Assembly: GCA_016176465.1 (NCBI GenBank)
Contig: JACOXD010000004.1
Coordinates: 50,119-114,118, forward strand
DNA length: 64,000 bases
Origin: Candidatus Daviesbacteria bacterium
Lineage (GTDB): Bacteria > Patescibacteriota > Microgenomatia > Daviesbacterales > UBA10151
Direction of reading: 5' to 3'
Shown one piece after another: positions 8,017-16,285 of this stretch (positions are counted from its first letter, which is position 1; each line of letters begins with the position of its first letter). Both the position numbers and the translations under genes were made by a program. The notes under the pieces are model-generated. The model saw nothing but the letters and a program-made list of their open reading frames with translations. It did not search any database and was not told the DNA's origin.

Positions 8017-9915
8017 GTGAAATCATCTGATATTAGAAAAAAATATTTAGAATTTTTCCAAAAAAGAGGACATAAAATAATTCCCTCCTCTTCTTTAGTG
8101 CCGGAAAATGACCCGACTACTTTATTTACTGGTTCTGGAATGCAGCCGATGATTCCTTATCTTTTAGGAGAACCTCATCCAGAGGGAAAAAGAATAGTTG
8201 ATTCCCAAGTGGCTTTTAGATCCCAAGATATTGAAGAAGTAGGTGATAATCGTCATGACACTTTATTTGAGATGCTGGGTAATTGGAGCTTGGGAGACTA
8301 TTTCAAAAAAGAGCAACTAAGTTGGTATTTCGAATTTTTAACCAAGGAGTTAAACCTTGATCCAAGTAAAATTTACGTTAGTGTTTTTATTGGAGATGAA
8401 AAAAATAAACTTCCTAAAGATATTGAGTCAGCAAAGATCTGGAAGGAGCTTTTTTCCAAAAAAGGAATTGAAGCTAAAGATTTTGAATTTGGTTCAATGG
8501 AGGATGCTGCAAAAATGGGGATGAAAGATGTCAGAATTTTTTATTATGATGCTTTAAAAAATTGGTGGTCCAGAGTTGGTGAACCGGAAAACATGCCTGC
8601 TGGAGAACCGGGTGGTCCGGATTCTGAAGTATTTTATGATTTTGGTTTAGAGCATGATCCAAAGTATGGTAAATATTGCCATCCTAATTGTGACTGCTCT
8701 AGGTTTGTAGAAATTGGTAATTCGGTTTTTATGCAATATATCAAACAATCGGATGGAAGTTTTAAAGAATTACCTCATAAAAATGTTGACTTTGGAGGAG
8801 GATTGGAGCGAACTTTAATGGCTGTTAATAATGAACCAGATATGTTCAAAAACGATCTCCATTTTCCAATAATTGAAAAACTTATTAAAGATACAGGTAA
8901 TGAATATGGAAAAGATGCAAAAGCTACCTCAGCTTTTAGGATTGTTGCTGATCACTTAAAAGCGGCTACATTTTTAATAAAAAATGGCGTCACTCCATCT
9001 AACAAACAACAAGGCTATGTCTTAAGAAGATTGCTTCGAAGATCCGCTGTTAAATTATCTGATTATGACTTGGATTTTGTAGATACTTTGGCCAATCTTT
9101 CTGGAGTAGTTATTGATATCTATCAGGGGACTGATTATTTTGGCAAAGACGATAATGAAAATATTAAAAAAGTGATTATTGATGAGTTAGAAAAGTTTGA
9201 AAAAACAATCAAACATGGACTAAAAGAAATAGAGAAAATAGAGAAAATTACTGGCAAAGTTGCCTTTTACTTTTATCAGACTTTTGGTTTTCCCTTAGAG
9301 ATAACTGCAGAGGTAGCTAAAGAAAAAGGACAGGAAATTAATTTTAAAGAATTTGAAGAAGAGTATAAATTACATCAAGAATTATCTAGAACAACCTCAG
9401 CTGGTACTTTTAAAGGAGGTTTGGCAGATGCTAAAGAACAAACTACTAAACTCCATACCGCTAATCACTTAATGCAAGCTGCACTAAGACAAATTTTAGG
9501 AGAGCATGTTAGACAACACGGATCAAATATAACAGCCGAGAGACTAAGATATGATTTTTCTCATGATCAAAAATTAAGTGATGCGGAAATCAAAAAAGTT
9601 GAAAATTTAGTAAATGAACAAATCAAGAAAGATTTAAAAGTATGGTTTGATATTGAAGATAGAGACCAGGCAATTAAAGATGGCGCTTTAACGAATGTTG
9701 GCGAGAGCTATCCTGATAAGGCCAAAGTTTATAAAATTGGCACCCTGCCCAGTCATCCCGATGAGTCCACGATATCGGAATCTCTCTTCTCTAAAGAGCT
9801 CTGTGGCGGGCCACATGTGGAACATACAGGTGTAATTGGAAAATTTAAAATTCTAAAACAAGAGTCTTTAGGTGCAGGTTTAAAAAGAATTTATGCTACA
9901 ATTGACAAAATATAA
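8017..9915 (+). CDS. alaS: Alanine--tRNA ligase (lacks C-Ala domain)
   Basis: DPTTLFT.SGMQP, RH.TLFEMLGNWSLGDYFK, HTANH, ELCGGPHV. Confidence 0.97.
   Translation: MKSSDIRKKYLEFFQKRGHKIIPSSSLVPENDPTTLFTGSGMQPMIPYLLGEPHPEGKRIVDSQVAFRSQDIEEVGDNRHDTLFEMLGNWSLGDYFKKEQLSWYFEFLTKELNLDPSKIYVSVFIGDEKNKLPKDIESAKIWKELFSKKGIEAKDFEFGSMEDAAKMGMKDVRIFYYDALKNWWSRVGEPENMPAGEPGGPDSEVFYDFGLEHDPKYGKYCHPNCDCSRFVEIGNSVFMQYIKQSDGSFKELPHKNVDFGGGLERTLMAVNNEPDMFKNDLHFPIIEKLIKDTGNEYGKDAKATSAFRIVADHLKAATFLIKNGVTPSNKQQGYVLRRLLRRSAVKLSDYDLDFVDTLANLSGVVIDIYQGTDYFGKDDNENIKKVIIDELEKFEKTIKHGLKEIEKIEKITGKVAFYFYQTFGFPLEITAEVAKEKGQEINFKEFEEEYKLHQELSRTTSAGTFKGGLADAKEQTTKLHTANHLMQAALRQILGEHVRQHGSNITAERLRYDFSHDQKLSDAEIKKVENLVNEQIKKDLKVWFDIEDRDQAIKDGALTNVGESYPDKAKVYKIGTLPSHPDESTISESLFSKELCGGPHVEHTGVIGKFKILKQESLGAGLKRIYATIDKI
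9825..9852 (+). repeat. 28-bp direct repeat, left copy, in the alaS 3' end
   Basis: tacaggtgtaattggaaaatttaaaatt, identical to 10634-10661. Confidence 0.92.
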
Positions 9916-9939
9916 TACAATGATACAATAGTATTGTAT
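9902..9939 (+). promoter_or_regulatory. vapBC promoter with palindromic operator
   Basis: TTGACA-16-TACAAT; perfect palindrome ATACAATA-G-TATTGTAT at 9923-9939 overlapping the start codon. Confidence 0.7.
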
Positions 9940-10189
9940 GAGTAATTATGTTACAACCAATATCAGACTTCCAGAAGAGGACTACTTAAGGCTTAAAGAA
10001 GAAGCTGCTAAAAATAGAAAAAGCCTATCAGCTGTTATTAGAGAGAAAATTAGTGGAAAAAAGCCAATTAAGGATTTTGCTAAGATGCTTTTAGAGTTAA
10101 ACACTGATTGGTTTACCGAAGAAGATTTTAAGACGTATAAGAAAAGCAGAAGGCAACTTAAGAAAAGAGTAAAATTATACGATTGGTAA
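9938..10189 (+). CDS. vapB: Ribbon-helix-helix (CopG-like) antitoxin
   Basis: TTNIRLPEEDY.RLK..A....SLSAVIRE; directly upstream of a PIN gene. Confidence 0.8.
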   Translation: MSNYVTTNIRLPEEDYLRLKEEAAKNRKSLSAVIREKISGKKPIKDFAKMLLELNTDWFTEEDFKTYKKSRRQLKKRVKLYDW

Positions 10190-10597
10190 ATGCAGATCCT
10201 GCTTGATACTTCAATCATTATTGATTATCTTCGTCAAAAAGATAAAAGTAAAACTCTACTTTACTTATTCGCTCATAGGCAATATAAACTTTATGTTTCT
10301 ATAGTCACTTATGCAGAAAGCTATGCTGGTAGAAGTATCTGGGAGAGAAAAGAAGCCATGAAGATCTTAGAAAATCTTTTTTCTTATATCAAGATTTTAC
10401 CTTTAGAAGAAAAAATCTCTAAAAAAGCAGGAAATATTAGCCATATAAACAATTTGGAAATTGTTGATGCCATAATTGCTGCAACAGCGCTGTCTCATAA
10501 GTTAAAGCTTGCTACATTAAATGTAAAAGATTTTAAAAAGATTAAAGGTTTAAAACTCTTTACACAAATTACATTAAAGTCCAAAGAAAAGGTGTAA
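10190..10597 (+). CDS. vapC: PIN-domain ribonuclease toxin
   Basis: LLDTSIIID, DAIIAATA, LATLN.KDF. Confidence 0.92.
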   Translation: MQILLDTSIIIDYLRQKDKSKTLLYLFAHRQYKLYVSIVTYAESYAGRSIWERKEAMKILENLFSYIKILPLEEKISKKAGNISHINNLEIVDAIIAATALSHKLKLATLNVKDFKKIKGLKLFTQITLKSKEKV

Positions 10598-10634
10598 ACC
10601 TAAATCACCCGGAGGGTGTTAAGAGGACTTCTTT

Positions 10635-10718
10635 ACAGGTGTAATTGGAAAATTTAAAATTATTAAACAGGAAACTTTGGGATCAGGACTTAGAAGAATC
10701 TATGCCAAGGTTTCGTGA
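10635..10718 (+). pseudogene. Second, orphan copy of the alaS 3' end (27 codons plus stop)
   Basis: Reads TGVIGKFKIIKQETLGSGLRRIYAKVS* versus the AlaS end TGVIGKFKILKQESLGAGLKRIYATIDKI*. Confidence 0.88.
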
Positions 10719-11498
10719 AATGTCCCTTCTAAGAAGCTTGGTATAGTTGATATGGTTATAAGCTCTTAATATTAATCCTGTGACTCCGGGATGATGTTTC
10801 CTTAAAAACAAATCCATAGCAGCTTTTCCATACATATACTTTACACCTGTCACAGAGCCATAATGCATAACTTCAACAGTAGGATCATAGACTAATCTTC
10901 CACCTGTCTGCCTTACTCTCATACCAAAATCATTGTCCTCCCCATACAGAAAAAAGTCAGGATCAAAACCACATAAATCATCAAACATTTTCTTATCAGT
11001 TAAAAGCATAGCCCCAGATATCCAGGCAACATCTGTTGGTTGATTATGTTCTCTCCAAACAAATCCAGATTTTGACCACCAAGTAAAATCCCCATGATCC
11101 CATGATTGGATAACTCCAGCAGGTGTAAGTAGGGCTGGACCGACCGCTTTAATATCCGTAGCTTCATCCATTCTGTCTAATAATCTAGCTACAGTTCTTG
11201 GTTGAGTAATCCTGATATCTGGATTCATAACTAAAATAGTTCTTCCAGTAGCTTGTTTTGCTAATAAGTTATGTCCTCTGGAGAATCCTAAATTCGCAGG
11301 AGAAAAAACAAAGCTAACGTTGCTATCATCCCGATATTCAGTTTCCACACCAGATAAATCATCACCTGATCCATTCTCTAAAATGCAAATGCGATAGTTA
11401 ATCCCGCTTTGAGTTAAGTCATTTGCAATATCAACCATGCTTTGGCGCAAATAATCCTTAGTATTGTAATTTATCACCTGAACTGATACTTCAATCAC
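10683..11498 (-). CDS. Glycosyltransferase family 2 (WbbL-like)
   Basis: VINYNT, NLGFSRGHN, MNPD, WISGA, GFDPDFFLYGEDND. Confidence 0.9.
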   Translation of the reverse strand: MIEVSVQVINYNTKDYLRQSMVDIANDLTQSGINYRICILENGSGDDLSGVETEYRDDSNVSFVFSPANLGFSRGHNLLAKQATGRTILVMNPDIRITQPRTVARLLDRMDEATDIKAVGPALLTPAGVIQSWDHGDFTWWSKSGFVWREHNQPTDVAWISGAMLLTDKKMFDDLCGFDPDFFLYGEDNDFGMRVRQTGGRLVYDPTVEVMHYGSVTGVKYMYGKAAMDLFLRKHHPGVTGLILRAYNHINYTKLLRRDISRNLGIDSSKS

Positions 11499-11562
11499 GA
11501 CTGCAAAGTATAATGCCTATCAGGAGTTAATTCAACTATAAGCCTATGAAGATATGGATAAA

Positions 11563-11829
11563 TTATTTTTTATCTTTTGAATGATCAATCACTCGTTTTA
11601 GTGATGGGATCTTAAAGCGGGAGAGTAATCCAGCTACTCCAGCTGCTGCCATTTTTAATGGAGCCCCAACCCCCTCTGCTACATCCTCAGCATTTTCCAA
11701 AATTTTATTTATTCTATCTAGCGCCAGTTTTACTTGCCTTAAAAAAACGAGCAAAGCAATAGCAATAATCACAAAAATCAAAGACCAAATTGAAATTAAA
11801 ATTACTAGAGCAATTTCTAAAGCGCTCAT
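11563..11829 (-). CDS. Small membrane protein (DUF948-like)
   Basis: Long N-terminal TM followed by an amphipathic helix. Confidence 0.65.
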   Translation of the reverse strand: MSALEIALVILISIWSLIFVIIAIALLVFLRQVKLALDRINKILENAEDVAEGVGAPLKMAAAGVAGLLSRFKIPSLKRVIDHSKDKK

Positions 11830-12467
11830 TTATTTTTAAGTATTACTGTCCTTTCAACTTTTGCTTCCTGCCCAAATTTGGAAGTTGCAGTAATTATAAT
11901 GGTATTTGCAGATGCTGACAACTTAACCTCTTCTTTAAATTTTCCATCCGAATCTATCCCGATCTCTTGATTATTAACCATTACTTTAACTTCAGGATCA
12001 GTTTTACCCTCAACTATAACTGATGGGATATCTACTGTTTGCCCCTCTTGAGGACTTAAAACTTCTAATGTTGGTGCACCAATAAAGTGCCTGTAGGAAA
12101 TCCAAAGATAAGTAAAAAAAATTAGAACTATTAAAGTCACAACAGCAATCAAAACTCTAGATGGAGTAATCTGTAATTTTTTAGGAGATAGCGGGTTAGA
12201 AAAACTCTCCATTACTAATGGTGGATGTTTTCTGGCTTCGAAGTCTCTCCTAAAAATTGCCAGTAATTTTTCGCTATCTAACCCTAAAAATTTTCCATAG
12301 TTTTTAATAAAACCCTGGACAAAGGTAGAAGGTGGTAGTTTTTCAAAATTATCCCCCTCCAGTGCCTCTAGTAACTCTTTTCTAATTTTAGTATGTTTTT
12401 CAATATCTTCTAATGTTAAAAGTTTAGATTCTCTTATCTCTTTTAATATTTGACCAACAGTTCTCAT
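11826..12467 (-). CDS. RodZ-like HTH membrane protein with Ig-like C-terminus
   Basis: TVGQILK..RE, TKIR...LEALE, GFIKNY..FLGLD; single TM. Confidence 0.85.
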   Translation of the reverse strand: MRTVGQILKEIRESKLLTLEDIEKHTKIRKELLEALEGDNFEKLPPSTFVQGFIKNYGKFLGLDSEKLLAIFRRDFEARKHPPLVMESFSNPLSPKKLQITPSRVLIAVVTLIVLIFFTYLWISYRHFIGAPTLEVLSPQEGQTVDIPSVIVEGKTDPEVKVMVNNQEIGIDSDGKFKEEVKLSASANTIIITATSKFGQEAKVERTVILKNK

Positions 12468-12524
12468 AAGATCAATTGCTTCATTGGCTATTATACCTTA
12501 CAATAGCGCTCGCCAATCAAAGAA

Positions 12525-13886
12525 ATGCAACTAAAAAATCTTAAAGAAGCTCAGGAGTTTTTAGAAGAACAAATTCCTCAATCAGCAAAGTTAAAATATA
12601 TGGGTGATTGGGGATTAGAGAGGACTAAATATTTTTTAAAACTTTTAGGTAACCCTCAAGATAAAATTAAAATAATCCATGTAGCTGGAACATCAGGTAA
12701 GGGATCAACTGCACATTTAACTAGTTTAATTTTAAAAAATTTGGGATTTAAGGTGGGCTTAACAGTTTCCCCACAAATTCAGGGAATAACTGAGCGCATC
12801 CAAATTAACAATCAGTTTATTTCTGAAAAAGATTTCGTTGACACTTTAAATGAACTAGTTCCTTTTATTGAAAAAGCTAAAAAATCAAAATTTGAATCCT
12901 CTCCAAGTTACTTTGAAATCTTCACTGCTTTGGCTTATTATTTTTTTTGGAAGAAAAAAGTGGATTATGCAGTAATAGAGACAGGGTTAGGCGGATTACT
13001 TGATGCAACAAATGTTGTTAGTAATAAAAATAAAGTTTGTGTTATAACCAGAATTGGTTTAGATCATACTAAAATATTGGGTAAAAAAATTGAAGATATT
13101 GCTTTACATAAAGCGGGAATTATCCAGGAAGGAAACCAAGCTTTTTCCATTTACCAGAGTAAAAAAATTAATAAAGTATTTGAAAACCAAGCGTTAAAAA
13201 GAAATGCCAGGATAACATTGTTAAAAAAAGGAGCTAATTTTAAAAACCTTTTAGTAAATAAGACTCTCACCTCTTTTGATTTTAACTTTGAGAATACAAA
13301 GCTGAGTAATTTGAAGTTGGGTTTAGTGGGATTACATCAAGCAGAAAACTGCAGTTTATCTTTGGCAACTATTTCGTACTTAGCAAAACGGGACAATTTT
13401 AAATTTGATAAAGAAAAAACAAGAAGTGCTTTAAAGACTGCCCAATTTATTGGCCGCTTAAATCTATTTCAATTTAAAAATAGAGAGATATTAATTGATA
13501 GCGCTCATAATCCACAAAAAATGAAAAGTTTAGTATACACTTTATTAAAACTTTACCCTAATCAAAAATTAGACTTTTTAGTTGCGTATAAGAAAGAAAA
13601 AGATGTTGGCAGTATGTTAAAAATTATTTCCCCCTTGGCAAATAAAATATTTCCAACCAGTTTTAAAACAGATAATAAAGGCTGGATTTCACACTCCGAG
13701 GATCCAGCAAAATTAGCAAAAACCCTTAAAAAAATGGGCTTCAAAAATTACCAAATTATAAAAGATTGTGAGAAATTAATAGAGCAAGTTTTACCTTTAG
13801 TTGATAAAGCTTTGGTAATTACTGGTTCAATATATTTAATTTCTCAAATTTATCCAATTTTAAAAAAGACCCTTGACAATAAATAG
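12525..13886 (+). CDS. folC: Folylpolyglutamate synthase / dihydrofolate synthase
   Basis: HVAGTSGKGST, ETGLGGLLDATNV, DSAHNP, TGSIYL. Confidence 0.93.
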   Translation: MQLKNLKEAQEFLEEQIPQSAKLKYMGDWGLERTKYFLKLLGNPQDKIKIIHVAGTSGKGSTAHLTSLILKNLGFKVGLTVSPQIQGITERIQINNQFISEKDFVDTLNELVPFIEKAKKSKFESSPSYFEIFTALAYYFFWKKKVDYAVIETGLGGLLDATNVVSNKNKVCVITRIGLDHTKILGKKIEDIALHKAGIIQEGNQAFSIYQSKKINKVFENQALKRNARITLLKKGANFKNLLVNKTLTSFDFNFENTKLSNLKLGLVGLHQAENCSLSLATISYLAKRDNFKFDKEKTRSALKTAQFIGRLNLFQFKNREILIDSAHNPQKMKSLVYTLLKLYPNQKLDFLVAYKKEKDVGSMLKIISPLANKIFPTSFKTDNKGWISHSEDPAKLAKTLKKMGFKNYQIIKDCEKLIEQVLPLVDKALVITGSIYLISQIYPILKKTLDNK

Positions 13887-13912
13887 CTTAAATAATAATC
13901 TTTACTCCGGCA

Positions 13913-14587
13913 ATGAAATTAAGCAAAGAAAAACTATTATTTTTACTTATTTTTTCAGTAATTGGCTTTATAACCTTACAAGTTCCGTTTACTAAACTAG
14001 CAGGATCTACTGTTTCTTTTACTTTATTTGATTTTTTTGCTCCAATTACTGGAGCATTTTTAGGCCCAGTTTTTGGAGTAACATCAGTATTAGCTGTTGA
14101 GGTTATAAATCTTTTTATTAAACATACTTATCTAACAACTGGATCTATTATTAGGTTATTCCCAATGCTATTTGCTGTTTTATATTTCTCTTTTGTCTCC
14201 AAAAAGAAACTAGGTAGTGAGAAAATCTTTATCTTTACTATCCCCCTTTTAGCAATGGCCCTGTTTATCGCCCATCCAATAGGAAGAAGTGTTTGGTATT
14301 ACTCTCTTTTTTGGTTAATTCCTTTAATTACTTTGATTAAAAAAGATAACTTATTTTTGAAAAGTTTAGGAGCCACTTTTTTTGCACACAGTGTTGGAGG
14401 TGCTTTATGGATTTGGGCATTCAACTTACCAGTATCTGTTTGGAACTCACTAATTCCAGTTGTAATTCAAGAAAGATTACTTTTTGCTCTAGGAATTGCG
14501 GGATCTTTTATCTTAGTAAAACACACGCTAAGGTTTCTGATTGAAAAAAGAATCCTTCCTAATGTATTTAAATTTAAAATTTCCTAA
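13913..14587 (+). CDS. Multi-TM membrane protein, ECF S-component-like (putative vitamin/folate uptake)
   Basis: About 6-7 TM; P..GAFLGP.FG pattern of S-components; lies between folC and a DHFR-fold gene. Confidence 0.55.
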   Translation: MKLSKEKLLFLLIFSVIGFITLQVPFTKLAGSTVSFTLFDFFAPITGAFLGPVFGVTSVLAVEVINLFIKHTYLTTGSIIRLFPMLFAVLYFSFVSKKKLGSEKIFIFTIPLLAMALFIAHPIGRSVWYYSLFWLIPLITLIKKDNLFLKSLGATFFAHSVGGALWIWAFNLPVSVWNSLIPVVIQERLLFALGIAGSFILVKHTLRFLIEKRILPNVFKFKIS

Positions 14588-15275
14588 ATTAAAAAATAGG
14601 CCTTTTTTTTATACCAATTTTGTCGAAACTTTAGATGGGAAAGTGCAAGTTTTAAACAAGGATAAGGAGAAATATTGGCCAATAGGAACTGATGTAGATT
14701 TAGAAGCCTTTAGGCAACTTCGGGCCAATGCAGATTTGCTAATCCATGGAAAACTTAGCGCCTTTCACTTTAGAACTGTTGATAGTTTATCTAAAGATCA
14801 TTTAAGAAATATGAGAAAAAAATTAAATAAAAATGAGTTTTTGCCATATATGATAATCAGTAATCACTCTGATGAAAGATTAATAGAATACCTAGAAAAT
14901 ACCCATGGTATTGTCCCTATTTTAGCTACCTCTCAAAAATCAAAAGTACCTGAAAAACTAACAAAAATTGTTGAAATTGTCCGCATCGGAAAAGAAGATA
15001 TTGATTTAAAAAAATTATCAGAATTTATTTTTAAAAACGGCTATAAAAATGTTTTAGTTGAAGGCGGACCAAATTTAGTGGGTTCTTTTTTAAAGATTGG
15101 TTTAATAGATGAGGTTTTCTTAACTTTAGCTCCCAAAATTTTTGGTAATTTAAAAGGTGAAACCCTAACTATGGTTGAGGGTGTTTTATTACCACCTGAT
15201 AAAATTAAAAAGCTTCATCTTCTTTCAATTAAAAAAGTTAGGGATGAAGTTTTTTTAAGGTATCGGATCATTTAG
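14541..15275 (+). CDS. RibD C-terminal / dihydrofolate-reductase-fold reductase
   Basis: TLDGK, VLVEGGPNL, GLIDE..LT.APKIFG. Confidence 0.88.
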   Translation: MKKESFLMYLNLKFPKLKNRPFFYTNFVETLDGKVQVLNKDKEKYWPIGTDVDLEAFRQLRANADLLIHGKLSAFHFRTVDSLSKDHLRNMRKKLNKNEFLPYMIISNHSDERLIEYLENTHGIVPILATSQKSKVPEKLTKIVEIVRIGKEDIDLKKLSEFIFKNGYKNVLVEGGPNLVGSFLKIGLIDEVFLTLAPKIFGNLKGETLTMVEGVLLPPDKIKKLHLLSIKKVRDEVFLRYRII

Positions 15276-15281
15276 ACGTAT

Positions 15282-15791
15282 CTATTTAGGCAAAGCAGTG
15301 ACAATTAATCTTTTTTGATCAAAACTGCCATCACAAGTATATAAAGTTAACTGATTTTTATCAGAAACCACCGCATCCACATCAGTTGGCAATACTTGGT
15401 GTTTTTTAGAAACTACATAAGTATAAGTTTTTTGATCATGTTCCACAATTATCTCATCCCCTATTTCAATATTTTTTAAAGGTCCAAATAAGTTTTCTTT
15501 ATTATGGGCATATAAAATTACATTTCCTTTTTCTGGAGTAGCGGAGGTAGCAAGCCAAGAAACCTTATCATCATAAAGCGTCCATTCATCATTAGAAATT
15601 ACCCCTTGGGCAATTGGTAAAGTTAAATCAAACGGTTTAAAATAAATCGCGCTCGGGGAAGTTTTTATTTGATATTGAGGATCTTCTTTTGGAAGTGGGC
15701 TGACTATTTCCTCGGCCCTAACGCTTTGCGGAGAAAATATTCTATCAGGATATAAACGGGCGACTATCAGCGAGACTATCGCTGCAGTCAT
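15282..15791 (-). CDS. Sortase
   Basis: GNVILYAHN, LTLYTC, KRLIV. Confidence 0.9.
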   Translation of the reverse strand: MTAAIVSLIVARLYPDRIFSPQSVRAEEIVSPLPKEDPQYQIKTSPSAIYFKPFDLTLPIAQGVISNDEWTLYDDKVSWLATSATPEKGNVILYAHNKENLFGPLKNIEIGDEIIVEHDQKTYTYVVSKKHQVLPTDVDAVVSDKNQLTLYTCDGSFDQKRLIVTALPK

Positions 15792-15819
15792 TAAAATAAA
15801 GAAGCCTTGTAAGAAAATC

Positions 15820-16227
15820 TCACTCTTCAGTTTTGCTCCTTACTATTTTTAAACCTAGCAAAATAGCTATGATCAAAACACCAAAGACTAGAATCCATTT
15901 AACAACTTCTATTTGGGCACCAGTTGCACCTAAAACTTTAGTAGCGCCTAAAACTTCTGGTTTAGCAGAGGCTGATGGGGATGGTGAAGGAGATGGAGAA
16001 GCTGCTGGATTAGCTGAAGGAGAGGGCGAAGCGCTGGGATCAGGGGTAGGTGTTGCAGATGGGGATGGAGAAACACTACCTTGAACAGGTGAGGGAGAAG
16101 GACTAGCTGAAGGAGATGCATCCTGAGCTAAAACTAAACAAGGAAAGTTTAAGTAAAAAACAGTGACAATAGCAAAAATAAATAAGCTGATAAAAGTTTG
16201 GGAGCTAAGTAGTAGTTTCTTGGGCAT
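15820..16227 (-). CDS. Putative sortase substrate surface protein
   Basis: Signal peptide, (SP)n spacer, VLGATKVLGATG, TM, basic tail; adjacent to a sortase. Confidence 0.75.
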   Translation of the reverse strand: MPKKLLLSSQTFISLFIFAIVTVFYLNFPCLVLAQDASPSASPSPSPVQGSVSPSPSATPTPDPSASPSPSANPAASPSPSPSPSASAKPEVLGATKVLGATGAQIEVVKWILVFGVLIIAILLGLKIVRSKTEE

Positions 16228-16285
16228 AAAAACTACCTTCTATTTTACCATAACCTAAAAATTGCTTGATTGCAAGCAAGGAGTT

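Noticed and set aside
7796-8026. 76-aa minus-strand ORF
   Set aside because: Antisense to the alaS T-box leader and not protein-like
15960-16120. Short-period repeats in the sortase substrate gene
   Set aside because: Explained by Ser-Pro codon repetition; the antisense GDGEG ORF is its shadow
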